Source: Felis catus (lineage: Eukaryota). From it: a DNA stretch of 64,000 nt. Positions 12,471 to 25,854 of this stretch are shown one piece after another. Position 1 is the first letter of the stretch. Every line of letters begins with the position of its first letter. The stretch spans positions 100,812,001-100,876,000 of the forward strand of contig NC_058370.1 in NCBI RefSeq assembly GCF_018350175.1. Direction: 5' to 3'. The notes beneath the pieces were generated by a model, which was not told the DNA's origin, searched no databases, and saw nothing but the letters and a program-made list of their open reading frames with translations. A program made the translations under genes and the position numbers.

Positions 12471-13732
12471 AGAGAACCTGAAAGAGGGACTTCTGGAGTG
12501 GACCCATTTCCAACTGAAGTGGTGAAAATTATTTTTAAAAACCCCAAAGCCTCTGGAAATGGTCCCAAGGGCAGATAGCAACTGAAGAAATGTTTATGCA
12601 AGAAAACCTACTAGAATTCAGTATGAATAGCAAGAGTCAGTAGTATTCGAACCTAGGTGCGCTCCCTGCCTCCACCTTCCCAAGTCAGGGAGGTGGAAAC
12701 CCCACTCCAGACTGGTTTAGCCAAGAACACTGGTTCCTACCCCTCTTTTTCAGCTCCTGGGTAGAGAGCTGCCTCCCTGAGAGAGCTCAGAATTTGTCAT
12801 CTGGCCCCCAGCTATTTGTCACAGGTAAGTGTGGCTATCTGGTGGGGGCTACCATCTTCCACCCAGCCTGCACTCCTGAAGAGGAAGTTTTGCTTTGGGT
12901 GGGAGATCCCAATTGCTCTTGTCCCTGCTTGTAAGCAAGCCAGTGATTTCTTGCCAGGAGAGGTAAGTCAAGGAGAATGAAACCTGGCCATGGAGGACAT
13001 GCTGTGTCCCTTCCACTGAGTTCAAAGCATTCAAAGTCTAAACGAGTCACAGAGCCAGAGAAGTGCTTTCCCTTATGGGTACACATTCCAGCAGCTCAAG
13101 CTCTTCCTGGGCTCTGGAAGCATCCAGTCATCCTGACACCAGCATAAGGTGCAGGTTGAGACCCTAGGACCCAATCCCTCTCTTATTCTCGACTCTTAGC
13201 AGGCACTGAGAATTATGAGAGGGAGCCAATTCTCTAATACTTTTTTTTGTTTTTGTTTTTGTTTTGCTTATCAGCATGGCTGGGAAGGCTACTGGCATTT
13301 AATGGGCAGGAATAGTCCTATGCATCAAAGAATTATCCCACTCAAAGAGTCAGTTGTATTGAGGAAAACAATACTAAATCTCCTGAATGCTTATTTCTGA
13401 CCTTGCTTTAATATGTAGCTAAAGATGGATTTGGCAGCACAGTTAGCCCCGTATCTTTTTTTGGTGCCTCAAACCAGGTACTGGATAACATACTGAGCCA
13501 ATATTCCTGGACCCCCAGCGTGGGTGGGTACGGGTAGGTATTATGTTCTGTCTCCTCCATTCTCAGAATTTGTTTCATGGTCTGACACTGGAATGGAATG
13601 TGTGCTCCCGATCACCCTCTCCGACCCAGACCCCAAAGAAAGGAGGACCTTTTGGTCTAGCTCCTGTCACTGACATGAGGTACGCTTCATCCGACCTGCC
13701 CCAAGATAGTCCTTCTCTGGCCTCAGTCTATG

Positions 13733-14015
13733 CAGAGGTCAGCAAGTAATTTCTATAAAAAGCCAGCTGGTACATCTTCAGGCTTTGTGACCCACACCCC
13801 CTCTGTCACAACGACTCAACTCTGCCAGTGTAGTACAATGGCAGCAACAGATAGTTCATAAGCAAATGCACATGGCCATATTCCAGTAAAACTTTACTTA
13901 CGGACACTAAAATTTGAATTTCATGTAATTTTCATGTGTCATAAAAGGTTATCCTTCTCTTGATTTGTTCCAACCATTTAAAAATGTACAGGCCACTCTT
14001 AGCTCGTGGGCCACG
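13733..14015 (+). mobile_element. MER58B-like hAT-Charlie element
   Basis: 'tctgtcacaacgactcaactctgcc...ttccagtaaaactttacttacggacactaaaatttgaatttcat'. Confidence 0.75.
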
Positions 14016-15305
14016 TGCTTACTGCACGTGTAACCAGGCACTGTCTTTGCACTTCATGTTTGTTCTCGCAACAATGCTTTCAGATAGACACCATTGCTAT
14101 TCTTGTTCTACAAATGAGAAAACTTAGGCATAGAGATATTGAATCACTCACTTCCTTGTCTTGTTCTGGAGTAGAGCCAGAATTATCCCACAAGTCTGCC
14201 TTGGATTCTAACAGGAAGGAGAAATTCACAGGCATAAACATGGGGCCTTGAAGAAATTTCAAATGACGGAAGGATGATCCCTAAGCCCAAAAAGCCTGTG
14301 GGAGAGGAAGCAGAGGAAAGGGAAGAAATGGCCAGGAAGGGAGTGGATCTTTAGGTCTTGAAGGAATAGGTACCCTTGTCTTCTTGTCAGCCTCAAAAAG
14401 ATGCCCGTGTCTTTAGCAGGCACAGAGCAGGAGCATAGCAGAGCCCCGGCTCAGATGACCGATGACCAGAGAGTCACCCTGCACAGCCATCTCTTGGACA
14501 CAACTTACGGGTGGGGACCCCAGCCACGACTCCAGTTAGAGTCTTTTGCGAGGCCAGAGACGGAATTTAAGGTAAGCTAGAGGAAGTGAACGGACTTAGG
14601 TTTCTCACATACCTGTGTTTATGGATTGAACGTCACAGCTCTTTGCTTGCTGAAGACATGTTTCTCAGGAGGATGGGGCCCAGGACGTGAATATCAGCAC
14701 AGAATGATCCCTGGTGCACTCCCACCATCAGCCTCAATGTGTGGTTCTGGCACTGCCTCCCTGGCTTCATCCTGACACGCTGCTCCCCAAACTCAGTGAC
14801 AGGGTCTGTTAAATCCGTGCCCCCCAGCAAGCTGTCCATGGCAGAAAGGCATTTGGAGGGGTGATTTGTTTCTCTGATTGCTATTTTTTAAGTCTCTAGA
14901 CCAGTGTCAAAGGGCATGTGAAATCTATTAAGAGAAACCAGAGAGACAGCTGTAGCCATAGCCAAAAAAGAAGTCTTCCCAGTTTATGTTAAGAGTTTTT
15001 GCTGTAGTCTTCAACTCCTCACCAGTTTCCTAATTATGAAAACAGTGAAAAGTAGAGGTTAAGAATAAGTAGGTAAAGCTATTAAGATGAAGTCATCTTT
15101 TCAAGCAGGTAAAGGAATCAAATGAAAGGGGAGGAAAAGAGTTATGGTTCAAATGCCTGAAACAAACTCAAACCAGACAAAACCAGAGCTTAAGAACTCA
15201 TGTGGTAAACGTAATGGCATGATTTAAATATAAAATTATTTTTAAGGAATTTAAGATAATGTAAATATGAGAATGAATATCGACAAAAAAGGACCAAATG
15301 ACTTT

Positions 15306-15473
15306 GGGGGCCCCTGGGTGGCTCAGTCAGTTAAGCGTCGGACTCTTGATTTCAGCTCAGGTCGTGATCTCATAGTTTGTGGGATCGAGCCCCGAGTCTG
15401 GCTCTGCACTGACAGTGTGGAACCTGCTTTGGATTCTCTGTCTCCCTCTCTCTCTGCCACTCCCCCACTCGTG

Positions 15474-15505
<32 letters not shown>

Positions 15506-15528
15506 AATAAACATTAAAAAAAATTTTT
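15306..15528 (+). mobile_element. Can-SINE
   Basis: TSD aaaggaccaaatgac at 15288-15302 and 15529-15543. Confidence 0.92.
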
Positions 15529-15654
15529 AAAGGACCAAATGACCTTTAAGATTAAAGAAATAAATCCTAAGCCAATATAGTATGTTCAGATAGCAAAAGA
15601 GACTAAAAGAATAGAAATCATGAAATAAAAATAAGGAAGCTAATTTATAAATTA

Positions 15655-16660
15655 AGTTTTTATTGAACTATAGTTGATATACAATGTTATATTAGTTTCA
15701 GGTGTTCAACATAGTGATTCAACATTTATCTACATTACACTATGCTCACCACTGTGTTGTTACTGTCACCATGCAACGTTATTACAATATTATTGACTGT
15801 ATTTCCTACGTTGTGCTTTTCATCCCTGTGACTTAGTTCTTTTATACGCCTAAATTTGTAGCTCTTAATCCCCTTTCCCTATGTCACTCATTCTCTCACT
15901 GCCCTCCCCTCTGGCAAACACTAGTACTAACTCTATATTTATGGGTCTATTTCTGTTTTCTGTTTGTTTTGTTTTTTAGATTCCACATAGAAGTCAAATC
16001 ATATGGTATTTACCTTTCTCTACCTGACTTCTTTCATTTAAGGTCTATCCATGTGTCACAAATGGCAAGAATTCCTTCCTTTTTTATGGCTGAGTAATAT
16101 TCCATTGCATATTACCGCATCTTCTTTATCTGTTCTATTGATGGGCACTTGGGTTGCTTTTTTATCTTACCTATTGTAAATCATGCTGCAATAAACATAG
16201 GAGTGCATATATCTTCTCAAATTAGNNNNNNNNNNNNNNNNNNNNNNNNNNNNNNNNNNNNNNNNNNNNNNNNNNNNNNNNNNNNNNNNNNNNNNNNNNN
16301 NNNNNNNNNNNNNNNNNNNNNNNNNNNNNNNNNNNNNNNNNNNNNNNNNNNNNNNNNNNNNNNNNNNNNNNNNNNNNNNNNNNNNNNNNNNNNNNNNNNN
16401 NNNNNNNNNNNNNNNNNNATACTAGCCATTTTGATTGGTGTGAGGTGTTATCTCATCGTGGTTTTGATTTGCATTTCCCTGATGTTGAGTGATGTTGAGC
16501 ACCTTTTCACGTGTCTGCTGTCCATCTGTATGTCTTCTTTGGAAAAATGCCTATTCAGGTCCTTGCCCATTTTTTTCAATTGAATTGTTTTGGTTTTTAG
16601 TGTTGAGTTTTATACTTTTTTTAGATATATTTTGAATCTTAGCTCCTTCTCAGATATACG
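15655..16660 (-). mobile_element. L1 3' fragment
   Basis: Antisense L1 3'UTR and ORF2 end ('gttttgatttgcatttccctgatg...gatgttgagcacctttt'). Confidence 0.85.
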
Positions 16661-16789
16661 AAAGCTGATTAATTTAAAATGTAAAGAATTTCTTGAAGAA
16701 CATTGAAATAAGTAAAACCAAAAGATCAAAAATGTTGAAGATAAAATAGTAACTGCTAAAGCATAGCAGGATTAAAAAAAGAAAAATAT

Positions 16790-17004
16790 GGGGCACCTGG
16801 GTGGCTCAGTCGGTTAAGCAGCCGACTTCGGCTCAGGTCATGATCTCGCGGTCCGTGAGTTCGAGCCCCGCGTCGGGCTCTGTGCTGACAGCTCAGAGCC
16901 TGGAGCCTGCTTCAGATTCTGTGTCTCCCTCTCTCTCTGACCCTCCCCCATTCATGCTCTGTCTCTCTCTGTCTCAAAAATAAATAAACGTTAAAAAAAA
17001 TTAA
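16790..17004 (+). mobile_element. Feline Can-SINE
   Basis: CpG-rich body; TSD aaaaaaagaaaaatat at 16774-16789 and 17005-17020. Confidence 0.93.
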
Positions 17005-17974
17005 AAAAAAAGAAAAATATTAAAGGGAAAAACACCAGTAATAAAAAGATTAAAAATCAAACACCATGTGAGAAAAATAAAATATTATTTAAAATGCCTA
17101 CAAAATAAAAGTCTAAAAAGTTTAAAAAGATTAAAAGCAAACAAATACGAAAAGATTAGAAAGGTAAAACTAGAAAACGGATAAAGACTTTAAAAGGTGA
17201 AAAAATAACACCATTTGAAATAATTCAAAGCATCCTAAGTTAGAACAAAAACCAGAGAATTCTAAAGTACAAAGATAAAATTATTTCAGACTAAATTCTT
17301 ATTAAGGAAAAATATACTCATGACAAATGGTCAAAGGTGAGTGTCTAAGCATGAGTTTTGGGCTGAAGCAGCCCTACAGGGGGGTGAAAGGGGGTCCAGG
17401 GTGGGAGCAGCGAAAGTGGGCAGGGCTCGTGCCCTTGCGGAAGCCCCTTGAAGGATGCTGCAGGAGAAGCCACACTGCAGGAATAAGCAGGTGACAGCCA
17501 AATCTGTCAAGCCACCTGGGCTTCCAGGAGGCCCCTTCTCCCCCTTATATGTGCCAGTCACAGCTGCAGCAGTCGATAACGGTCTGTGGTGGCGTTGGGC
17601 ACCTTTTCACACTCAGGGTCACAGACAGCATAGGACAGGAGTAAATGAACACACCAGTTTTGAATACAAATTAACTCACCCTTCTTAGCTACATGTTCTT
17701 AGGTAAATTTCCTAAGTTCTCTAAGGCTCAGGCTTCTCATGAGAAAAGTGCGAATAGTATACCTACCTTATGATGCCTTTTGGAGGATTCTACAGCTAAA
17801 GCTTACAAATTCTGTTACAAGTAATCAACAAAGGTTAGTATTTATCCTTAATTCACTAGGAGGAAGAAAGTCCATTTGCCTTGCAGCTATACAGGAAAAA
17901 AAATTTTTTTAAGGTGTTAAGATTTTTTGAAGAACCAGAAAAGGTTGAACCATGCCATCTTTTTTTTTTTTTTA

Positions 17975-18424
17975 ACTTAAAATGACACAAATTTATTATC
18001 TTACATTTCTGGAGCTCAAAAGTCCCAAAATCAAGTTATCAGCAGAGCTAAATTCTTTCTGCAGATGTAGAGAATCTATTTCCTTGCCCTTTCTAGCCTC
18101 TAGAGGCATGTGTGTGATGTGTGTGCTCTCTCTTTCTCTCTTTCCCCCTCCCTCCCCCTCTCCCCCCCCCCCCCATCTATCACTCATTTCTATAGTCACG
18201 ATCTCCTTCTCTGACTCTCCTGGACCTCCCCTTCCCCCCTTCCCACCACCAAGGAATCCTGATTACATCATGGCCACCTGGGCAATCTAGGATATTCTCT
18301 CCATCTCAAGATCCTTAACTTAGTCATATTTACAAAGTCCTCTTGCCATGTAAAATGATATATTTACAGGTTATGGGGATTAGGACATGGATGTCTTTAG
18401 GGGACCATTATTCTGTCTACCATA
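17975..18424 (-). mobile_element. MaLR LTR (MLT1B/C/D-like)
   Basis: Reverse complement begins 'tggtagacagaataatggtccctaaagacatccatgtcctaatcccc'. Confidence 0.75.
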
Positions 18425-18813
18425 TCCCCTATGAGGATTAACCTAGTATCCGTCTTAAGGTGCCCTAACTCTTTAAGCCCTAGCTTGTATTAGGGGAGGA
18501 TTATTCACATCTACCCCGGAGAAACTTCTACCATATCAGACCTCTGCAGTTGAGAATATTCCCCTGACTTTTTACGTATGCAAATGGAGCCCAGTGCTCA
18601 GTCCAGGGGCAAACAAGGAGCCCTTCCCAAAAAGGGTATGGAGGAGTGGAGCCCAGCGGTTTGTGGTGAAAGTCAAGGGAACACTGTACTCTGGGCATGT
18701 TACTGTCCTAGCTATCTAGGAATTCATAAGAAAGGTAAAACAGTGAGAACTTATTGGAAGGAGGAAGGAAACTCAACCAGCTTCCTCAACTTTCTTAGCT
18801 GCACTTATACAGA

Positions 18814-18816
<3 letters not shown>

Positions 18817-18855
<39 letters not shown>
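18817..18855. repeat. (GT)n microsatellite
   Basis: About 19 perfect GT units. Confidence 0.95.
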
Positions 18856-18856
<1 letters not shown>

Positions 18857-19420
18857 TAAAATTCACACAATAAAATTCACCATCTCAACCATCTTAAAGT
18901 GTACAATTCAGTGGCATTAGTACATTTATAATGTTATTTAACCATCACCACTATCTAGTTAGAGAACGTTTTCATCACTGCAAAAGGAAACCCTGTACCC
19001 ACTAAATAGTCACTCCCCATTTCCCTCGTCTCCAACCTTTGGCAACCACTCATCTACATCTGCCCATGTAGAATGTCATATTCAGATAGTTCATACAAAT
19101 GGAGACATACAAAATGTGGTCTTTTGCATCTGGCTTCTTTCACCTAGAACAATGTTTTCAAAGTCCATCCATACTATAGTATGTATCAGTAGTTCATTAT
19201 TTTTTGTGGCCAAATAATATTCCGTTTTATAGATATACCACCTTTGTTTATCTGTTCATCAGTTGATGGACATTTGGATTGTTTCCAACTTTTGGCTCTT
19301 GTGAGTAATGCTGCTATAAGCATTCAAGTATGAGGTTTGTTTTTTTTAACATCCGTTTTCAGTTTGGGGTACACACTTAAGAGTGGGATTGGAGGGTCAT
19401 ATGATAATTATGTGTTTAAT
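18856..19420 (-). mobile_element. Old L1 (L1MB-like) 3' end
   Basis: 'aagtgtacaattcagtggcattagtacatt...ttcatcagttgatggacatttgg'. Confidence 0.8.
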
Positions 19421-19816
19421 GGGCCACCTTTTATTTAAAAAAATTATTTAAAAAAATTATTTTAAAAAAATGGGCCATCTTTTAAAAATACAACATAAAT
19501 AAAACTTAAGTAAATTCAGCAAAAAAAAAAAAATATTACCATATTCCAGTAGGGAATAAACGCTCTCAAGGAAAAGATGGCAAAAGAGAGAGGGACAAAA
19601 GAGGAGAGAAGGAGGGGAAGATGAAAGGAAAGAGAAAAAAAATTAAAGAAAAAACCATGAATTAGTTGGGGTATAGATTCAGTCCTGTAAAAGAAACCAA
19701 AATGACAATAGCCTGGACAAAATAAGTATATTTTTTAATGATGTTAGAGTCATGGGGCCAGGGTTGCAACAGTTTCCCAAATGGCAACTCCAATCTCTAC
19801 CAACACATCTGCACTT

Positions 19817-19920
19817 AAGGTGGCCAACTTGTCCCAGTTTGCCAGAGACCTTTCCAGTTTTAGCTCAGAAGGTCCTCAGTCTCAGAAACCTGTACAAACA
19901 GGGATTGTTGGTCACCCTAT
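19817..19920. mobile_element. MER81/MER94-like hAT MITE
   Basis: Terminal inverted repeats 'aaggtggccaac' and 'gttggtcaccct'. Confidence 0.55.
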
Positions 19921-20374
19921 AATATTCCATCCAGTAGGAGGCATAGGGGAGGAAGCACAGGTCATGCCTTCCCTTTAAAGGTATGACCTGGAGGTACACT
20001 TATTGTTTTTGTTCATATCCTACTAGCCAACAATTAGTCACATGGCCACATCTAGTTATAGGGAAGCCTCAGAAATTTGACCTTGATCTGGACAGCTACA
20101 GACCCAGCTAAAACTTAGGGATTCATTACTAAAATAGAATAATGGGTATACAGAGACAACCAGCTGTCTCTGCCAATATACATGACAAAGAGAGATATGG
20201 GACACAATGGAAGCAGAGAGAACTGTGCAAGGAAGACAGGGAGATATGTCATTAGGTTTGTCACTGCTGAGGTTTGTAAGTCTAATTGTTAAGAGATTAT
20301 TTCCTCTTTGAATACTTAGCGATTCCACCAACTGGTAGTAGTACAACCAGCAGGTGATTATTAAATTTGTCCTT

Positions 20375-20631
20375 TTCCTTCCTTCCTTCCTTCCTTCCTT
20401 CCTTCCTTCCTTCCTTCCTTCTTTCTTCCTTTTTTTTAAGTTTATGGATTTATTTTGAGAGAGAGAGTGGAGGAGGGGCAGAGAGAGAGAGGAAGAGAGA
20501 GAATCCCAAGCTGGCTCCATGCTGTCAGCATGGAGCCTCATGGGGGGGTTCAATCTCACGAACCATGAGATCATGACCTGAGCTTAAATCAAGCATCAGA
20601 CGCTTAACTGACTGAGCCACTCAGGAGCCCC
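20375..20631 (-). mobile_element. Can-SINE with (CCTT)n-expanded tail
   Basis: Reverse head ends 'gccactcaggagcccc'; (CCTT)n at about 20378-20420. Confidence 0.88.
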
Positions 20632-22485
20632 TCTTCCTTCTTTTTAATAAGGAACATCCTTTATCAGTCAAGCTCCTGGCAGCAAATGGCAGGTTCAAGT
20701 GAGACAACTGAGGAGAATGTAATGAAGGGATTGTCTAGGGGGTGAGGATAATCACAAGGATGGTGCAGTACTCTAAGGCTAGCAACTATGTAAAGCCATC
20801 ATGCTCCTCCTCTCAAGGGCAAGAGGAAGAAGGGGTTACCGGGGCCTGGAAGGAGCAGCTGTAGTTGTAGGAGAGTGCCACCCAGCAGGAGTTATGACTT
20901 CCCCTGAAGGAATGTAGTTAACTCAGGGTCCAGTAGGGAAAGAGGAGCCTGGGGAATAAACACTCCAACCATTCTCTTCTCTTACCCTCCAATCTCCTCC
21001 CCAATACAAGGGTCAGCATCCTGGGGCGCAGAAATGGGAGGAGGCAAATCCAGAGGGGCAGATACAAAATACCAAACAAATCCACTTTTCATTAAAACAG
21101 CTCAAGTGTACAGAGTTAATAAGCATGATTTAAATGAATTAATAGATAATAAAAAGAAGTAATAGTTACTTTACCTTTTAAATTAGCCTTACTATTATTA
21201 ATTGTAACTTCATCTAATGCTAGTCTCATATAGAGACCTTGATTTGCAATTCCCTTTGGAACTCATCTTCAATCTTATTTTGAAGACTATTCTAAGACTT
21301 GTGCTTACCCACCAGACTCACTTTGTAGATTCCTGTCTCTGTTTTCAACAGGGTATTTTACCATGTTATGAAAAGTATTTTATTTACACCTGTAATTATC
21401 CCCTTGACATGGCTTATTAACTATGGATGCATGACTATGAATGCATCCCCCATAATAAAAACAAACAAACCAAACCATCTTTGTGGGCATGTGTTCATCC
21501 TGGGATTCCAGTGATATGTTTTAAAAGAGATTGAAGCTTCTGGAAAGTCAGTGATCTTTAAAATTCTACCTTCCGTTATAAAGAAAACATGTAAATGAGT
21601 ACAACGAGCACTAATTCCCGAACTAAGCAACAGACAAAGGATATGAATAAACGATTTTTAGAAAGAGGATAAGAAATATTCAGTTTTACTAGTGATCAAA
21701 GAAAAGCAGATTTTAAATAACCAGATTCAAATTTGGTTACCAGCAAATAAGCAAAATCAGAATTTGTAAATCTTACCTAGTACTATCACGGGTGCAGAGA
21801 AACAATGTCACTTGTCCAATTTTTTGGAAAGCATTTTGACAATATGCATCAAGACTCTTTACAATATTAATAATATTTCCAAAACTGAGCATTTGCCATG
21901 TGCCAGGCCCTTTTCTTGCAGCGTTTTCACCAAGTTTTCTATAGTTAACAAAACACACATTTCTTCTCTGTCTGGTGTGTGAAGAGGCGTGGCAATGGAT
22001 AATAAACAAGTAAATAAACAACAGGATAAATTCGGGTAATGATAAATTCCACAAATAAAATAAATGTGTTCGTGGGAGGCGTGGGAAAGCGGGGCTTGTT
22101 AGGGAAGTTCGTGGGAGGCAGTACAGAGAGGGGCTTGTCAGGGAAGTCACTTTTCAAGAAATAAATGCTAAGTTGAGACCTACATGAGTAGGAGGAGCCA
22201 GTCGTGGGAAGATCTGGGAGAACAGAGTCCCAGATTCGACTGCAGGTGGCACCATTCTGCTTGGGAGCCAGCCTCTGAGTCTAGGAAGTAGCTGAAGGCC
22301 TGTGTGGATGGCTGCAGCGGGGGGAAGAAACCAGATGAATGGTCCCCATTCATGACGGTTGGGTTTTACTCTGAATATGATGGAAGTCACTGGAGAAGTC
22401 TAAACTGGGGAGCGGTGGGAATCAGGAAGATCACTCTGTAAATCTGTATCTACTAACTTAGAAGTATGTCCAGGATGTAATATTT

Positions 22486-22707
22486 AAAAAAAAAATTTTT
22501 TTTTCAACGTTTATTTATTTTTGGGACAGAGAGAGACAGAGCATGAACGGGGGAGGGGCAGAGAGAGAGGGAGACACAGAATCAGAAACAGGATCCAGGC
22601 TCTGAGCCATCAGCCCAGAGCCCAACGCGGGGCTCGAACTCACGGACCGCGAGATCGTGACCTGGCTGAAGTCGGACGCTTAACCGACTGCGCCACCCAG
22701 GCGCCCC
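22486..22707 (-). mobile_element. Young feline SINEC_Fc (composite unit 1)
   Basis: CpG-rich and near-identical to the copies at 25629 and 37964. Confidence 0.95.
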
Positions 22708-22981
22708 ATCACATGTAATATATTTTAAAACATGAATGCAGTCTTTTTGTTTGCTTTCCTTTTCAATTCATGAAAAAAATATTCTAAGTGTACATTCTGA
22801 ATGTTATCTTAACAGTTTTCATTGAGCCTAGTTTCATTAAACTCTCATAAAAATGGCATTCCTCATTTACATTTGCTTCAATACGTTTTTCCTATTACAC
22901 TTCTGAAACCTACACACAGAACTTCATGACATCAGTGGCGTCGAGCAATAATAGATGCATGTTCCTGTGTCCAGAAGCAGC

Positions 22982-23189
22982 TTTTTTTTTTAACGTTTAT
23001 TTTTGAGACAGAGAGAGACAGAGCATGAGTGGGGGAGGGGCAGAGAGAGAGGGAGACACAGAATCGGAAACAGGCTCCAGGCTCTGAGCCATCAGCCCAG
23101 AGCCTGACGCAGGGCTTGAACTCACGGACCGCGAGATCGTGACCTGGCTGAAGTCAGACGCTTAACCGACTGCGCCACCCAGGCACCCC
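22982..23189 (-). mobile_element. Feline Can-SINE (composite unit 2, apparently chimeric)
   Basis: Young-type head and body with an older-type 3' end. Confidence 0.93.
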
Positions 23190-23968
23190 CAGGATGTAAT
23201 ATTTTAGATCCAACCCTGCCCTGGAGTTTATAGCACCCTGATGGAGCACAGGCTTGCAACAGAAATGAGGTCAAGTTACCAAAAAAGTTGTCTATGTTGC
23301 ATGTCTGAGTTGCAGTGTGCTATGACTTCTGTGTTTATACAAAGAGGCAGTGTGACTCTTCGGGCCTCTTTGTCTCAGCTCCAGAAGCAAGGTGATGAAG
23401 AGAAGGTGATCAGTGGGAAAGCATGGCCATAAGATGCACATGTTGTGCTGCTGCTGTGTCATTAAGGCCTACTATCTTCAGAAGTTGACCTGTGGCAAGT
23501 GTGGCTTCCCTGCCAAGTAGAAGAGAAAGTATAACGGCAATTCGAAGGTTGAAAGATGAAACACCACTGGGGCCAGTCAAATGAGGCACCTAAAGATTGT
23601 ATGCTGCAGATTTAGGCATGGATTCCACGGAGGAATAACATCTAAACCCAAGAGAGCAGGTGTTGCAACATTCAGTTCATCTTAAGGATTTCAATGATTA
23701 GTCACAATACCTATTTTGGTTTAAGATGATGATGATGATGATGATGATAAATAAAGAGGAAGTGTTACATATTGCTATGGGTCCAATAACTGCAGCCAGA
23801 ATGCCCAGGCTTGAGCCCCAGAATCTCAGCAACCCTACTTAGTGGCTAGATATGTATCACTAAGAAGTTAGTGTATCAGTCCGGATAGGCTAGATTATAC
23901 TACAGTAACAAATGACTCCCAAGTCTTGATAGCTATAGCAGCAAAGGGTATTTCTCTCTTGTGCTATG

Positions 23969-24117
23969 TGTTTGTTTGTTTGTTTGTTTTAATTTTTAAG
24001 TAGGTTCCACGCCCAGCGTGGAACCCAATATGGGGCTTGAACTCACGACTCTGAGTTCAAGACCTGAGCTGAGATCAGGAGTTAGATGCTTAACTGACTG
24101 AACCACTCAGGTGCCCC
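23969..24117 (-). mobile_element. Short Can-SINE with (GTTT)n tail
   Basis: Reverse head ends 'ccactcaggtgcccc'. Confidence 0.8.
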
Positions 24118-24649
24118 ACATGCTACATGTTTTTTGAGGACTAGGCTATGTCTCTACTCCATGTTGTTTTCACTTCAGGACCCATGCTGATGGAGCAGAC
24201 TGTATATGGGGTATTGTATGCCACTGCGGCAGAGGGGAAGGAAATGTGGAGAATCATGGGCTAGTTCTTAAAGCTTCTACTTCAAAGCGATCCACTTCAC
24301 TTCTGCCAACATGATGTTACTGCTGAGTTTAACAGTGTGGGATTGGGGACTTTCATAGAAGAAAGAGAAAGGGGAAAGTGCAGGGAGAATAAAGGATTTA
24401 AGTATTTCAAGATATTATGCAGCACCTAAGAACAGAAATTACCTGCTTCTTGAGGGTCATGTTAAGGGGATACAGAACATGGATGAATTATTTCATGGTG
24501 ATATTAAAATAGGCTTTGTGGTGAACCACAAAAGTGAGTACAGCCATGAAGGGAATGCCATTCATGAAGAGCATCTGTGAGTAAGGCTACTGTGTGAAAA
24601 TGGGGCAGGACGTTGGCCTGGATTGTGTCTGTGACTCTACTCTTTCTCT

Positions 24650-25320
24650 TTCTCTCACGCTTCACATCCACTCTGCCAGCAAAGACTTCAAAATGTATGT
24701 GTCATCTGACTGCCTCCCGCCAGCTCCACTGCTACCCTCATCTCCCACCTGGACCATAGCAATAGCCTCCTAATTGGACTCCAAACTTCTGCTCTTGCCC
24801 CACGGAGCATCCTGACCAAACATATGTCAGGTCATCTCTCTCTGAGTCTGAAAATCTTCCAGTGGCTTTCCATTTCACTCAGACGAAAATCCAAAGTGCT
24901 TGTAGCCCCTGTAAGGACTAACACTGGCCTTCTGTTACCTGTTAGACCTTACCCCTCTTCACTCACTCTGCTGCAGTCACTCAGACCTTCCTGGGACATG
25001 ACAGGTACACCCTGCCTCATGGTACTTGTTGATCCCTCTGCTGGGAACACTCTTTCCCCAGGTACCCACATGCATGTTCCCACACATCCTCAGGTCTTTG
25101 TCCAGATGTCGCCTTCTCACTTAGAACCCCATTCATAGCACTTATTGTCTTCTGATATTCCATGTAATACCCAAATTTATTTTTCCCTATCTCCCCACTG
25201 GCATGTGAGCTCCAGGGGGTCAAGAATTTTTTCTGCATTGTTTATTGCTGTACCCCAGTGCCTAGAATAGAGCCTGGCACATAGCAGATGCTCAGTTAAT
25301 CTTTGTTAGATATTAAATGA
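24650..25320 (+). mobile_element. L2 3' region
   Basis: Typical L2 end 'cagtgcctagaatagagcctggcacatagcagatgctcag'. Confidence 0.7.
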
Positions 25321-25628
25321 CTCCACTGTAGCTGAGAAATAAAAAATTAAGCTGTAAGTGTCCTTAGATCAATTCACATCTGTGGTAAACCAGGTTTCCT
25401 ACCTGTCTCCCGTTTCATGGCTAAGGTCACCATCCACCCATGGTTCAAGCCAGAAAACCTGGAAATATCCTGGATTCCTCCTATACTTTTAGCCCCTTTT
25501 AAGCATCACCAAGTCCTACTGTATACTCCTTATTGTTTCCCAAACCCTTCCACTTCCTCCATCTCTTCTGTCACTAATCTGGACCAAGCCACTATCTTGT
25601 CTCCTCTTGATTAAGAGAACAGTCTCCT

Positions 25629-25854
25629 GGGGCGCCTGGGTGGCGCAGTTGGTTAAGCGTCCGACTTCAGCCAGGTCACGATCTCGCGGTCCGGGAGTTC
25701 GAGCCCCGCGTCAGGCTCTGGGCTGATGGCTCAGAGCCTGGAGCCTGTTTCCGATTCTGTGTCTCCCTCTCTCTCTGCCCCTCCCCCGTTCATGCTCTGT
25801 CTCTCTCTGTCCCAAAAATAAATAAACGTTGAAAAAAAAATTAAAAAAAAAAAA
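25629..25854 (+). mobile_element. Young feline SINEC_Fc
   Basis: Perfect TSD aagagaacagtctcct at 25613-25628 and 25855-25870; inserted in an L2 relic. Confidence 0.96.
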
